A DNA stretch of 54,909 nucleotides from a virus (taxonomy: Duplodnaviria; Caudoviricetes), in the IMG/VR virus record IMGVR_UViG_3300050132_000156, positions 1 to 54,909 of that record; one strand, given 5' to 3'. Positions 1 through 9,706 of the stretch are shown here, one piece after another; within the stretch, counting starts at the first letter, position 1; each line of letters opens with the position of its first letter. Under the pieces are notes generated by a model. That model was not told the DNA's origin. It saw nothing but the letters and a program-made list of their open reading frames with translations, and searched no databases. A program made the translations under genes and the position numbers.

Positions 1-181
1 GAATATGGAGACTGCTGCGAGGGACGACTTAATATGGCTGACGTAAGAAGTATTAATAATCACCGCACGCTCGCGCCGGATCAGGCGACGGTGCTGCAGT
101 GCAAGGCTGGCGGCGGGGAGTACACTCCCATCGGCGGTGAAAATGGAAAACAGTGCATGCTGTGCGCGATGGACAAGAAGG
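1..181. repeat. Terminal direct repeat, left copy (circular assembly overlap)
   Basis: Identical to 54729..54909 except position 54 (T) vs 54782 (C). Confidence 0.95.
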
Positions 182-399
182 AACACGCCACCATCCACCT
201 GCGGCCGAGGTGCCAGCACTGCGGCGGGGACGGCACGCGCCTGGCGGCGATCCCGATGCGGCTGGGGCCGATCGACGGATTTCAGATCTTCTGTACACTT
301 TGTGGACACACTGTCCACTACGGCGTCCTCGGAATAGCGCAGCAGCAGAGCCCGGTGCTTGCCCCTGATGGCGGCCCTTTGATTATGGGAGGGCGGTAA
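34..399 (+). CDS. Cys-rich zinc-finger protein
   Basis: CxxC pairs (CMLC, CQHC, CTLC); tightly packed with the next gene. Confidence 0.6.
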   Translation: MADVRSINNHRTLAPDQATVLQCKAGGGEYTPIGGENGKQCMLCAMDKKEHATIHLRPRCQHCGGDGTRLAAIPMRLGPIDGFQIFCTLCGHTVHYGVLGIAQQQSPVLAPDGGPLIMGGR

Positions 400-400
400 C

Positions 401-1021
401 GTGCTCGACGTCAGATTCCGGCCCATGGAGGATCCGCGCAAGCACCGCTCCCGCAAGCGCTCGACGTTCCGCTCCAAGTGTAACGACACGATCAACCTGA
501 TCGAATACGAACTGGGGCGGCTGTCGGCGCGCGACATCGTGATCGAGGCGGGATTCCGGCTGACCCAGATCCGCAATGACGGCTGGCCTTACGCGGCGGC
601 GGTCCCTTCCCATCCGGCGGTGCGGCTGTCGTTTAGTTCTCGCGGCAAGCCGATGGCATTCCCGTGCGACACCTACCTGACCATCGACGACAACCTGCGT
701 GCGATCGGCCTCACGCTCAAGTCTCTTCGGGACATCGACCGCTATGGCGTGACGCAGGACGCGGAGCAGTACAAGGGCTGGCTGCGGCTGGAGGCCCCGC
801 CCGCCGAGGACACACTGGATTACCGAAAGGCACTACAGTTCGTGGCCCTGCACAGCGGCATCTCCCCCAAGACGATCATGTCCGACGATGGCATGCTGAA
901 GTTGGCCTTCCGGAATGCGGCTAAGAAGCTCCACCCGGATACCGGCGGGAACGAACCCGAGTTCAAGATCCTGCAGCAGGCTATGACGATCCTGGAGGGC
1001 GGTACGAATGCCACTCAATAG
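401..1021 (+). CDS. Phage protein with C-terminal DnaJ (J) domain
   Basis: AFRNAAKKLHPDTGGNEPEFKILQQA, canonical HPD J-domain motif; GGGAGG RBS before GTG. Confidence 0.8.
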   Translation: MLDVRFRPMEDPRKHRSRKRSTFRSKCNDTINLIEYELGRLSARDIVIEAGFRLTQIRNDGWPYAAAVPSHPAVRLSFSSRGKPMAFPCDTYLTIDDNLRAIGLTLKSLRDIDRYGVTQDAEQYKGWLRLEAPPAEDTLDYRKALQFVALHSGISPKTIMSDDGMLKLAFRNAAKKLHPDTGGNEPEFKILQQAMTILEGGTNATQ

Positions 1022-1793
1022 CGAGAAAATCCCCAACAACCCCCTGACCGGCGTGGAGTTGCAGGCCCGCGTGCTCTACGTCCTGCGCAAGCTCTTCGAG
1101 GAAAGGTTGCCGCCGCCGATCGACAAGGCGTTCCCGTCGATTCCGCTGGCGATGCTTGACCTCGAATGCCGCAACGACTACATCTTCTCGGCCATTGTGA
1201 TCTACCCTTCCGTGAGTTGGCTCGCGACCTTCAAGGCGCATTTCACGGCTCCCGATGTCGAGCCGCTGGCGGTGCAGTACTCCCTCTCGGTTGAATTCAA
1301 ATTCAGAAACATAACCATGCCGAAGCACCTCGTCAAGGTGCGCTCGACGCCTCCACCGCTGCCGACCAGCATCGTGGAGCGAGCCGAGACTGGCGTGGTG
1401 GCCTTCACGGTCTCCGAATCCGTCGAGAACCCGAATTTAATTCGCGTCAACTCAGGGATCCCCATCACGATCACCCGGGCGATCCGGCCCGAACCTGGCG
1501 AGTTCATCGGCAAGATCGAGCGGCACGACATCCAGTACGACAAGACGGACTACCCGGAGCCGCCGGAGCCGGTGGTGGTGGACATCTCCGAGGAGTGCCG
1601 GCGCGAGTGGGGCGTTCCGGAGCCGAAGGTGAGCGAGCCGTTGGACCTCGATTCCGTCGTGCTCAAGCCCAACCATCCCATCTCGGAGCACTTCTTGAAG
1701 CAGGCGAAGGAGCGCAGCCAGCCCGCCAAGACCGCCGGGAAGTACAGCCTGAAGGACAAGGCGGACCTGGACGCCATCGGGCAAGAGGAGTAG
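1008..1793 (+). CDS. Hypothetical protein
   Basis: 261-aa ORF with GGAGGG RBS, overlapping the previous gene. Confidence 0.7.
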   Translation: MPLNSEKIPNNPLTGVELQARVLYVLRKLFEERLPPPIDKAFPSIPLAMLDLECRNDYIFSAIVIYPSVSWLATFKAHFTAPDVEPLAVQYSLSVEFKFRNITMPKHLVKVRSTPPPLPTSIVERAETGVVAFTVSESVENPNLIRVNSGIPITITRAIRPEPGEFIGKIERHDIQYDKTDYPEPPEPVVVDISEECRREWGVPEPKVSEPLDLDSVVLKPNHPISEHFLKQAKERSQPAKTAGKYSLKDKADLDAIGQEE

Positions 1794-1794
1794 C

Positions 1795-2031
1795 GTGACC
1801 GGCATGGCCCTGCTTCGTCTCGTGGTTTGGCTCAAACGTATCGCCTTGGCGGTCGAACGTCTCGACGCACGCGATCAGATGCGCTACGACCGGGACTACC
1901 CGCCGGTGGGGGTGGACCCGCCCGGCAGACGTAAAATGGAAGTCTACAAGGTCAGCCTTGAAGAGCGCGAAGTCGCGGCCGAGCGGCGGCGAGTGGAGCG
2001 GCTTACGGGGATGAACCAGGACGAACTATAG
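1795..2031 (+). CDS. Hypothetical protein
   Basis: GAGGAG RBS; fills the operon gap. Confidence 0.55.
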   Translation: MTGMALLRLVVWLKRIALAVERLDARDQMRYDRDYPPVGVDPPGRRKMEVYKVSLEEREVAAERRRVERLTGMNQDEL

Positions 2032-2762
2032 TGGCAAAGGGTAAACGACTCGAATACGGCCCGACCGAGCAGATGGAGCAGAATGCTCTCGACAAGCTCG
2101 AAGTGACCCGCGAGGCCGTCTCGAACGTCCCGGCCATCTCGCACATCCTGAAGTCCGCGGCGGTCGATCCGTGGCCCTACCTCGAAGGCTCCGAGGATGT
2201 GAACGCGCGCCGGCTGATCGCGACCCGCCGCAAGATGACCTTGACGGAGTTCCGGCACTCGACCATCGAGGCCATCTGCCTGAGCGCGGGCGTGCCAACC
2301 AAGCAGGCCCTCTCGGTCATCATGGCCGAGGTCTTTCAGCAGTCGGGGCGCGCGGCCGAGCTGCTGTACGCGGCGAACCACCAGGGCGTGGTGCAGGCTA
2401 CCATCGACTCAGCCAAGACGCCGTTCGGCGCCGCCGACCGGAAACTGTTGTTGCAGCATCAGGGGTTCGCGCCGGTCCCGAAGACGAACATCGTCAAGAT
2501 CTTCGGTGGGCAGAACGTGCTCGGCGGCGCGCAGACCAACCAGACGGCGGTGCTTGCGCCGATGGAGGATAAAGCCAAGCGGCTGCAGGACCGGTTTAAC
2601 GAGCGGCTGGGCCTGCCACCCACGGGCGAGATGGCGCGGATTGAAGCGCCGGAGCCGGAGCCGCTGGATGACTCGGGCGGGGACGACCTCACGGTTGAGA
2701 ACGAAGACGACATCGAAGTTGAGGGCGACGAGATCGAGTTCGAGGAGGACACCGACGACTGA
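2031..2762 (+). CDS. Probable terminase small subunit
   Basis: Directly upstream of and coupled to the large terminase; acidic C-tail; function from position only. Confidence 0.45.
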   Translation: MAKGKRLEYGPTEQMEQNALDKLEVTREAVSNVPAISHILKSAAVDPWPYLEGSEDVNARRLIATRRKMTLTEFRHSTIEAICLSAGVPTKQALSVIMAEVFQQSGRAAELLYAANHQGVVQATIDSAKTPFGAADRKLLLQHQGFAPVPKTNIVKIFGGQNVLGGAQTNQTAVLAPMEDKAKRLQDRFNERLGLPPTGEMARIEAPEPEPLDDSGGDDLTVENEDDIEVEGDEIEFEEDTDD

Positions 2763-5071
2763 TGTACTGCAATGAGGTAGTCGAGCAACGTCTGGAGGCC
2801 GCCCGCGAAGAGAACGGGTGGTTGCCGGAGTATCACTCGATCCCAGACATAGAGGCGTTCGATGCCAAACTGCTCGCGCGGTTCCCCAAGGAGCACGAGG
2901 AGGCCCGCCTCAACTCGGTCGGCACCGAAGACCCATCCAAGGCATTTCAACTCTCGATCACGCGGGCGCTGAACGATCCACGCAATCCCCGGCTGAATAA
3001 GGATGAAATCCGCTTCATCGACAACGAGCAGGCACTTGTGCAGTGCGATGCGGCGTACTATTTGACCCGCTACTACAAGATCAAGAATCGGCAGAACCTC
3101 ATCCAACACTTTAGCTTTCAAGGTGGGCAGAGGATTCTGTTCAACGTGATTTCGGAATTGGAGCGGATGGGGCGCTCAATTGAGATCCTTATCAACAAAG
3201 CTCGTCAACTCGGGTGTAGCACGCTGGCGCAGGGTCTCATTGGGCACAAGGCCGAATTCTTCTACGGCACCAGTGGCGTCGTCGCCTCGGCAGACAAGGC
3301 CAAGACCGGCGAGATGGTCAAGATGATGCTGATGGGTTACGACATGCAGCCCTGGTGGCTACGGCCGCTGACCAGCCGGCGCGTCGAGAGTCAGAATGGC
3401 ATGATTACCTGGGGTGCCATGAACTCAGGTATCAGTTTTCAGCACGGCAACCAGGTGAACCCGATCGCCATGGGCTCGACGCCGATCACCTACCACCTCT
3501 CCGAAGTCTCCAGCTTCTACGACGCGGCTTACGAACTGATCGACGTAGGCTTGTTCAAGTGCGTCCACCCCTCGCGGCATGTGCTCGGGTTCCTGGAATC
3601 AACGGCCAAGGGGAACACGGGATACTGGGCCGACACTTACTGGGGATCCAAGGCCGGATGGGAAAAAGGCACTTCTCGTCTGATGGCGCTTTTTTTGCCC
3701 TTCTTCTGTGCTGACGACATGTACCCGAACCAGACCGAACTGGAGACGCATCCGGTACCGGAGAACTGGCGGCCAGAGGACGAGACGCGGCAGATGATCG
3801 CCGAGAGCGAGCTGTACATCAAGTCAAACCCGATTCTTGAGAAGGTTCTGAAGCAAAGGTCCGGCCAGCCCGGAGACTGGAAGATGCCTCGCGAGAAGGC
3901 GTGGTATTGGGAGTGGAACTTCCTCGAAGCGCGCGGAAAAGGCCGAGAAAAAGACTGGTACCAGGAAGTCGCGCATACTGACAAAGCCTCCTTCCAGGGA
4001 AGCTATGACAACGTGTTCGGGCGCGAAGTCATCACCGAAGCCTGGGCCAATCGTGACACGAAATACTCCGTCTACGGCATCGTCGGGCAGTCGATTCAGG
4101 AGCGACACGAGCCGGACCCGGAGGACGTGGATAACAGTCTGCCGCGGCTCACAGTCAAGCGCGACAACCGCAAGGGAGAGCCGTTCCAGTGGGAGTTTGT
4201 GCCGCTGTTCTGGGAGGAGCCTTTCAAGGATCTCGACGACAAGGAGTTGTTCGAGAACGAATCCCACATGGGCAAGCTGTTCGTCTGGATGGAGCCCGAG
4301 CCCGGCTACGACTACTCGATCGGCGTCGACACCTCCAAGGGCGTCGGCAAGGACGGCACGGTCGTAGCAGTCAGCCGGCGCGGGCGCTCGCCCTCGGAGC
4401 GGGACATCCAGGCGGCGGAGTGGCGCGACAACTATGTGAGCCACGTCGAGGCGTGGTCCTGGGTGCTGGCGATTGCGTCGTACTACTCGCGCTACATGGG
4501 CCAGCACGGCATCATGTTCCGAGAGCCCTACGTGGCAATCGAGCAGATCGAGGCTGTGGGAGACACCTGCCAGGACCAGATGAGTCTGTGCGGCTACTCG
4601 CGGTTCCACCGCATGATCCGCTACGATTCGATGCCCAAGCAGATGAAGAAGTCCAAGGCCCACAAGCGCGGCTGGTTCACCTCCGGCTGGTCGCGCCCGA
4701 TGCTGACGGACGGCTTTGTGGTCAACACGCAGAACGGCTGGTATCAGGTCAACTCGCCGTACACGATCTGGGAGATGGACCACTGGGAAGTGCATTACAC
4801 GCGGGCCGGGACGAAAGAGAAGTTCGAGCACGGCGAGGACACTACAGACGACGGGATTTTCGCGAACGCGCTGGCGTCGTTCTGCCCGAATGATAGGAAG
4901 ATGCAGGCCGACCGGAGCGAGAACAAGTTCCGGCAGGCCACGTCGCGAGCGCCGGAGTTGGACCTAACCCCAACGAAATCAGGGTACTTTGTTCCCGAGA
5001 TGGGCTATGATTCGAGTAGGGACAAAGACATTCGCAAGATGCTGAGTGGAAGCGTGAGAGGGAGACGATAA
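2762..5071 (+). CDS. terL: Terminase large subunit
   Basis: Walker A-like KARQLGCST, Walker B HLSEVSSF, coupling motif ESTAKG, RNase H-like IGVDTSKG and DDGIFA. Confidence 0.92.
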   Translation: MYCNEVVEQRLEAAREENGWLPEYHSIPDIEAFDAKLLARFPKEHEEARLNSVGTEDPSKAFQLSITRALNDPRNPRLNKDEIRFIDNEQALVQCDAAYYLTRYYKIKNRQNLIQHFSFQGGQRILFNVISELERMGRSIEILINKARQLGCSTLAQGLIGHKAEFFYGTSGVVASADKAKTGEMVKMMLMGYDMQPWWLRPLTSRRVESQNGMITWGAMNSGISFQHGNQVNPIAMGSTPITYHLSEVSSFYDAAYELIDVGLFKCVHPSRHVLGFLESTAKGNTGYWADTYWGSKAGWEKGTSRLMALFLPFFCADDMYPNQTELETHPVPENWRPEDETRQMIAESELYIKSNPILEKVLKQRSGQPGDWKMPREKAWYWEWNFLEARGKGREKDWYQEVAHTDKASFQGSYDNVFGREVITEAWANRDTKYSVYGIVGQSIQERHEPDPEDVDNSLPRLTVKRDNRKGEPFQWEFVPLFWEEPFKDLDDKELFENESHMGKLFVWMEPEPGYDYSIGVDTSKGVGKDGTVVAVSRRGRSPSERDIQAAEWRDNYVSHVEAWSWVLAIASYYSRYMGQHGIMFREPYVAIEQIEAVGDTCQDQMSLCGYSRFHRMIRYDSMPKQMKKSKAHKRGWFTSGWSRPMLTDGFVVNTQNGWYQVNSPYTIWEMDHWEVHYTRAGTKEKFEHGEDTTDDGIFANALASFCPNDRKMQADRSENKFRQATSRAPELDLTPTKSGYFVPEMGYDSSRDKDIRKMLSGSVRGRR

Positions 5072-5073
5072 AC

Positions 5074-5562
5074 ATGGCTGAAACCGGATTCTCCAACGGC
5101 ACGCTGAACCCCATTATCTACTTCAAGCGCGGCTCAGACGGCTACGTGATCCTGGCGCCGCACGAAAAGGGCCACGGCCTTGAAGTCGCCCACATGCTCT
5201 ACGACCAGCGCTACCGGCACGAGTGGGAGTGGTGCGAGGCTCACACTTTGCGCGAGGCGCAGCAACTTGAAAAGCAACTGATCGAGCAGGCCATGCGCGA
5301 GCGCGAGCACCAGGCCGAAGTCGTGGGCAGAGAGCGCGAGAACGTCAAGAAACAGGTCGCAAGCGCCATGTACGCGCGGCTTGTTTCGTCCAGCACCTCC
5401 GAGTACGAGAAGGAGTTCATCCGCTGCTGGATGGCGCTGAGTGAGAGCAAGCGCGACAAGTACGCGCAGCGGCTCAAGGAGCACAACGACTACCTTTGGG
5501 CGCTACAGATGGACTCGGGAAAGAAGATCGAAGACCGCATGATCGGCGACAACTCACTGTGA
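5074..5562 (+). CDS. Hypothetical coiled-coil protein
   Basis: 162-aa ORF between terminase and portal. Confidence 0.7.
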   Translation: MAETGFSNGTLNPIIYFKRGSDGYVILAPHEKGHGLEVAHMLYDQRYRHEWEWCEAHTLREAQQLEKQLIEQAMREREHQAEVVGRERENVKKQVASAMYARLVSSSTSEYEKEFIRCWMALSESKRDKYAQRLKEHNDYLWALQMDSGKKIEDRMIGDNSL

Positions 5563-5570
5563 GGTTTTAA

Positions 5571-7661
5571 GTGCCCCTGACCGTCCCGAAATCCTGGCAG
5601 TGCCCCTCGGCGGAGGAGCCCGAAAAATACCGCCTCGGCTGGCTCGACGAGCAGTGCCAGGAAGGCGAGCGATGGACCAAGTCGCAGCGCGGCGTCCAAA
5701 ACGCCCAGGAGTACCGTCGCGCGCTCGACATTATCTCAGGCCGGGAGTCCTCTCGCGAGCAGATCGACGGTCGCGGCCGGATCACCGGCAAGCGGCTCAA
5801 GACCAACATTCGAGTCTCGATCTCGGGTCTCTCGAACATCCGCCCGATCTGGGGCTGGCACGCGGCCAAGGCATACGCCAACTACGCCAGCATGATGAAT
5901 AAGACGGCCCGGGCCCTGTACCTGGAGGGCAGTTGGGACCGCTCCGTCAAGGAAGTTCTGGCCTGGGCAGCGGCGACCTGCACCGGCTGGATGCGGCCGG
6001 TCTACATGCGCGACCAGGCCGGGCGCGGCAAGGGCTCGATCAAACTGCTCACCTACGGGATGCCCTCGGTCCTGCCGACGCAGGTGCCCATGAATGGAGA
6101 CTTCCAGGAAGCCTACGCTATGACGCTGCTCGACGAAGTGCCGATTTACATGGCGCACTCGAAGTTTCCGGACTTCCAGGACCGCTTGAAGCCGACATCT
6201 TCACGCTATTGGTACGCGAGCGAGATCCGCGGTGCCGCTAAGCAGAACGCCTGCCAGCGGGCGTCGTCGCTGTTCCGCAAGCGCGACAACGACGAGATGG
6301 CCGACACCTACATCCCGATCCGGTGGACGACGGTGATCGACAACAGCCTGAACCTGAGCGGCCACACCCTGCCGATGGGCGAGCCCGGCAGCCCGTGGTA
6401 CTACGAAGTCCCTTCTATCGGCCAGGAGATCCCTGCCGGCCGCGACGAGAGCGGGCACGACCTGACGCGCCGGGCGAATGAGAACGACGCCCGGATGTAT
6501 CCCTACCGCCGGCTGTTCATTGCCTCGCAGGATTGCATCATGTACGACGGGCCGGCCTTCAACTGGCACGGCCAATGCGACCTGATCCCGTTCGCGCTGG
6601 ACAAGTGGCCGTGGGAGCCGATCGGCTTCAGCCTCGTGCATGACGGATGGGCGCTCCAGGACGCCATCGACGAGATCGACAACGGCGCGCATACCAAGAT
6701 CACGGCCGAGATGAACATGCCGCTGGCCTACGATCTGAATGCCGTCACGCTGAAAGAGGCCAAAGAGGTCGATCCGTTTGAGCCCAACGGGCGCTACGGC
6801 TACGACGGCAATTATGTGGACGGCAAGCCCTTCCAGAGTGTCGTCGGCCCGGAGGTCTACCAGATCAGCCCGCAGACTCTCGCCATGCGCGAGGCCTACC
6901 AGGAGGAGTTGGACTATCAACTCCAGGTCCGCGACATCGTGGAACTCGGCAAGGCCCGCGCGCTCGGCAAGGGCATGGACCAGATCGAGGCGCTGGTGGC
7001 GGCCAACGGTCCTGTCGTGCGCGATATGTGCCGGGACATGGAGATGTCGCTCGGCAAAGTCGGCGAGCAGGTCGGGTGGCTGGTACTGCAGTACGAGAAC
7101 ACGGCGCGGCTGATGCAGATCGTGGGGCCGGAGTCGATGGATAACCAAGTCTTCGACTACAACCCGGCGGACATCACGCCGAGCCACCTGCCCGACGAGA
7201 CGATCCACGATCCGGTCACACAAGTCCTTATTCCCTCGAAGTACTCCCAAGCCCAACGGGCGCGCTGGTTTGCGGAGAACGTGCGCTACTATCTGATGCC
7301 TCACTCGGCGCACGAAATCACACAGATGGCCTACCGCCTGATGCTGCTACAAGGTCGCCAGCGCGGCCTGCCGATCAGCGCGGCGACGACCATGCAGTCG
7401 ATGGAGATCCCGGACACCGGGATTCCGGACGGCAACACCGAGCAGGAGCGGTTCTACAACGAGAAAGAGGTCGAAATCCACCACGCCGCGCGGATCCAGG
7501 CCATCATCAAGGCCGAGGCGATCGACAACAACATCGTCGAGGCGCTGGGCGGCAAGCCGAGCGGCAGCACGAAGTCCGGCGGTCGTCCTCCGAGCAACAA
7601 GACAGCGCCGCACCAGGAAACCAAGAGCGGCGGGCGGCCGATCATCAGCACCAGCGAATGA
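5571..7661 (+). CDS. Portal protein (P22-like size)
   Basis: 696 aa, follows terminase; helical content and low-complexity C-tail typical of podovirus portals. Confidence 0.75.
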   Translation: MPLTVPKSWQCPSAEEPEKYRLGWLDEQCQEGERWTKSQRGVQNAQEYRRALDIISGRESSREQIDGRGRITGKRLKTNIRVSISGLSNIRPIWGWHAAKAYANYASMMNKTARALYLEGSWDRSVKEVLAWAAATCTGWMRPVYMRDQAGRGKGSIKLLTYGMPSVLPTQVPMNGDFQEAYAMTLLDEVPIYMAHSKFPDFQDRLKPTSSRYWYASEIRGAAKQNACQRASSLFRKRDNDEMADTYIPIRWTTVIDNSLNLSGHTLPMGEPGSPWYYEVPSIGQEIPAGRDESGHDLTRRANENDARMYPYRRLFIASQDCIMYDGPAFNWHGQCDLIPFALDKWPWEPIGFSLVHDGWALQDAIDEIDNGAHTKITAEMNMPLAYDLNAVTLKEAKEVDPFEPNGRYGYDGNYVDGKPFQSVVGPEVYQISPQTLAMREAYQEELDYQLQVRDIVELGKARALGKGMDQIEALVAANGPVVRDMCRDMEMSLGKVGEQVGWLVLQYENTARLMQIVGPESMDNQVFDYNPADITPSHLPDETIHDPVTQVLIPSKYSQAQRARWFAENVRYYLMPHSAHEITQMAYRLMLLQGRQRGLPISAATTMQSMEIPDTGIPDGNTEQERFYNEKEVEIHHAARIQAIIKAEAIDNNIVEALGGKPSGSTKSGGRPPSNKTAPHQETKSGGRPIISTSE

Positions 7662-7897
7662 CATCCCCGACCCCAATCCGAAGGGCCATCAAGGAGACCC
7701 GGCATGTGGTCCGGAACCGCAGTTTTACGGTCGATGACGACTCCCTGGCCCGTGCTTCCGCGAGGCTTTTGTCAACTATAATTGACGGCTCCAGCTTCAC
7801 CGGAACGATCACGTTGCACGTGTTTCGGGGCGTGGCGACGGCGGTCTGCGCGGAGGACCGGGCATCGGTCGATCCGCATTCTCCTGCAAAGCCTTGA
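7658..7897 (+). CDS. Hypothetical protein
   Basis: ATGA overlap with the portal stop. Confidence 0.55.
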   Translation: MTSPTPIRRAIKETRHVVRNRSFTVDDDSLARASARLLSTIIDGSSFTGTITLHVFRGVATAVCAEDRASVDPHSPAKP

Positions 7898-7923
7898 CAG
7901 GCAAGGAAATGTAGGAACATAAT
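7894..7923 (+). promoter_or_regulatory. Sigma70-type promoter upstream of head genes
   Basis: TTGACA (7894-7899), 18 nt, CATAAT (7918-7923). Confidence 0.65.
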
Positions 7924-7999
7924 TCAAGCAGCAAGCACCATCTTTTCCAGGATTGGTGTGCGAGTGACGGGAAGCGGCCTCTCTTTGCATCAGCATCAG

Positions 8000-8038
8000 G
8001 CGCCCCGAACGGAATAGATACCCGTTCGGGGCGTTTCT
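8000..8038 (+). terminator. Intrinsic terminator/attenuator-like hairpin in the head-operon leader
   Basis: CGCCCCGAACGG-9 nt-CCGTTCGGGGCG followed by TTTCT. Confidence 0.6.
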
Positions 8039-8079
8039 GCGTTTGCGGGGCACCGATCCCGAGAAAGGACAACGACATC

Positions 8080-8151
8080 ATGGATCTCAACTTCCGCAAG
8101 GGCGGCAAAAAGGGCCACAAAAAGGGCGGCAAAAAGCACGGCCGTAAGTAG
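8080..8151 (+). CDS. 23-aa Lys/Gly-rich micro-peptide MDLNFRKGGKKGHKKGGKKHGRK
   Basis: Translated by hand; GAAAGGA RBS 10 nt upstream; absent from the ORF track. Confidence 0.65.
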   Translation: MDLNFRKGGKKGHKKGGKKHGRK

Positions 8152-8267
8152 TCATCCCCTCGATCCCGGAAACGAGTTGCTCACAAGGCGGCTCCCCGAG
8201 ATAAGGGTCAACCGGAATAGAGGGGCGGACGCGAGTTCACCCCTCCCTCCCAAACAAGGAGATCGAA

Positions 8268-8372
8268 ATGAAGCACAAGGGAATGGGAAAGAAGCGTCCG
8301 GGCTTGAAACTGAAGGGTGATGCCTTCCAGAAGGACAAGCTCAAGAAGCACGGCGGGAAGGGCCGCATCTAG
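8268..8372 (+). CDS. 34-aa basic micro-peptide MKHKGMGKKRPGLKLKGDAFQKDKLKKHGGKGRI
   Basis: Translated by hand; AAGGAG RBS. Confidence 0.7.
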   Translation: MKHKGMGKKRPGLKLKGDAFQKDKLKKHGGKGRI

Positions 8373-8374
8373 CC

Positions 8375-8524
8375 ATGAAGCGAGCCATGAAGGGCAAACC
8401 GATGGCGATGGCGAAAAAGTCCCGGCGTCGCACGCTCGCCAGCCGAGTTCTCGGCAAGGGCGAGCATACCCGCGGAGGCTTTGGCAAGAGAATGGCGTCC
8501 GGCGGCAAAGTCGGGCCGAGGTAA
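8375..8524 (+). CDS. 49-aa basic micro-peptide MKRAMKGKPMAMAKKSRRRTLASRVLG...
   Basis: Translated by hand; starts 2 nt after the previous stop and ends 3 nt before the next gene. Confidence 0.6.
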   Translation: MKRAMKGKPMAMAKKSRRRTLASRVLGKGEHTRGGFGKRMASGGKVGPR

Positions 8525-8527
8525 CAG

Positions 8528-8827
8528 ATGGCGTCAGGCTACCAGGGCGGGCCGGTAGGACCGATGGGAGAGGGCGCTCCGGGTCCACCTCAGGACGGCG
8601 GCCCCGGTCCCGCGGGCAGCATGATCTCCCCGGCTCCAGCCCAAGCAGACCCGAACACCATGGCTCTCGGCTGGATCCGCGACGTCGTATCGAACGCGCG
8701 CCGGATCGGGATGAAGTACCCGGCCGCGGCCGAGGAAGTCCGCACGATCAACAATGCTGTGCAACGCATACAGCAGAAGATTCTCCAATCGCAGCCCGCG
8801 CCCGAAGCGCAGGCGCCTCCCGTCTAA
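8528..8827 (+). CDS. Hypothetical Pro/Gly-rich head-region protein
   Basis: GAGG RBS; precedes the scaffold. Confidence 0.65.
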   Translation: MASGYQGGPVGPMGEGAPGPPQDGGPGPAGSMISPAPAQADPNTMALGWIRDVVSNARRIGMKYPAAAEEVRTINNAVQRIQQKILQSQPAPEAQAPPV

Positions 8828-8839
8828 CAAGGTGACTCA

Positions 8840-9706
8840 ATGACTCTCGAACAAATTCTCAAATCCAAGGGCTACACGGACGCAGACCTCGAAGCCCTGA
8901 AACCGATGTTGAGCGATTCGCGCTTTCGCGCCTCGATGGAAGAGCAGCTCGGCGCTCTCGAAAATGAGCGCAACGACTTCAAGGCGAAGTACGAAGGCAA
9001 GGAAACCGAGATTGAGGACTGGCGCGCCAACGTGGTGAATCCGCGCATCGCCGCCGCCGAGCAGGAAGCCGTCAAGGCCCGCCAGGAAGCAGCCCTGCTT
9101 CGAGAGCAAGTCCAGATCGCCAAAGACTACGGGCTGATCCCCGAGGGCGAGAAGCCGGCCGCTCCGCCTTCCGTGAGCGCGACTCCGGGCAACGACTTCG
9201 ATCCCTCCAAGCACAACCTCGTGACGCGCGACGAAATCGGACGCTTTGCCGACCTCGAAGGCCAGGCGATCGCCATGGCGTCCGACGTCCTCGAAGAGTA
9301 CCGCTACCTCAGCGGCGGCAAGTCGCTCTACGACTACGTGGCGCCGGACGGCAAGCGCGGGATGCAGGCCCTCCGCACCGAGGCCGTCAAGCAGAAGATG
9401 CCGCTCGATCAGTTCGTGGCCCAGAAGTTCGATTTCGCCGGCAAACGGCAGGCAATCGAAGCCAAGCGGCAGGAAGAGCACGACGCGCAGATCAGCAAGG
9501 AAGCGATCTCGAAGTACATCACCGAGAACGGAGCGAATCCGAACACCCGCACGCCGGGGCCGTCGCGGAACCCGTTTATCCCGCGCCAGCAGGGATCGAG
9601 CCCGGCGGGCGGGGCCAAGCAGCCGTGGGACGTCCCGGCGCAGGAACGCAAGAACGCACGCCAGGAGCGGGCCATGACCCGGCTGGCGACGGAAAGATTG
9701 AATTAG
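8840..9706 (+). CDS. Probable scaffolding protein
   Basis: Charged coiled-coil protein immediately upstream of the capsid gene. Confidence 0.65.
   Translation: MTLEQILKSKGYTDADLEALKPMLSDSRFRASMEEQLGALENERNDFKAKYEGKETEIEDWRANVVNPRIAAAEQEAVKARQEAALLREQVQIAKDYGLIPEGEKPAAPPSVSATPGNDFDPSKHNLVTRDEIGRFADLEGQAIAMASDVLEEYRYLSGGKSLYDYVAPDGKRGMQALRTEAVKQKMPLDQFVAQKFDFAGKRQAIEAKRQEEHDAQISKEAISKYITENGANPNTRTPGPSRNPFIPRQQGSSPAGGAKQPWDVPAQERKNARQERAMTRLATERLN

Noticed and set aside
8155-8226. Hammerhead or twister ribozyme
   Set aside because: GAAAC and an ACAAG loop are present but the other core consensus elements are missing
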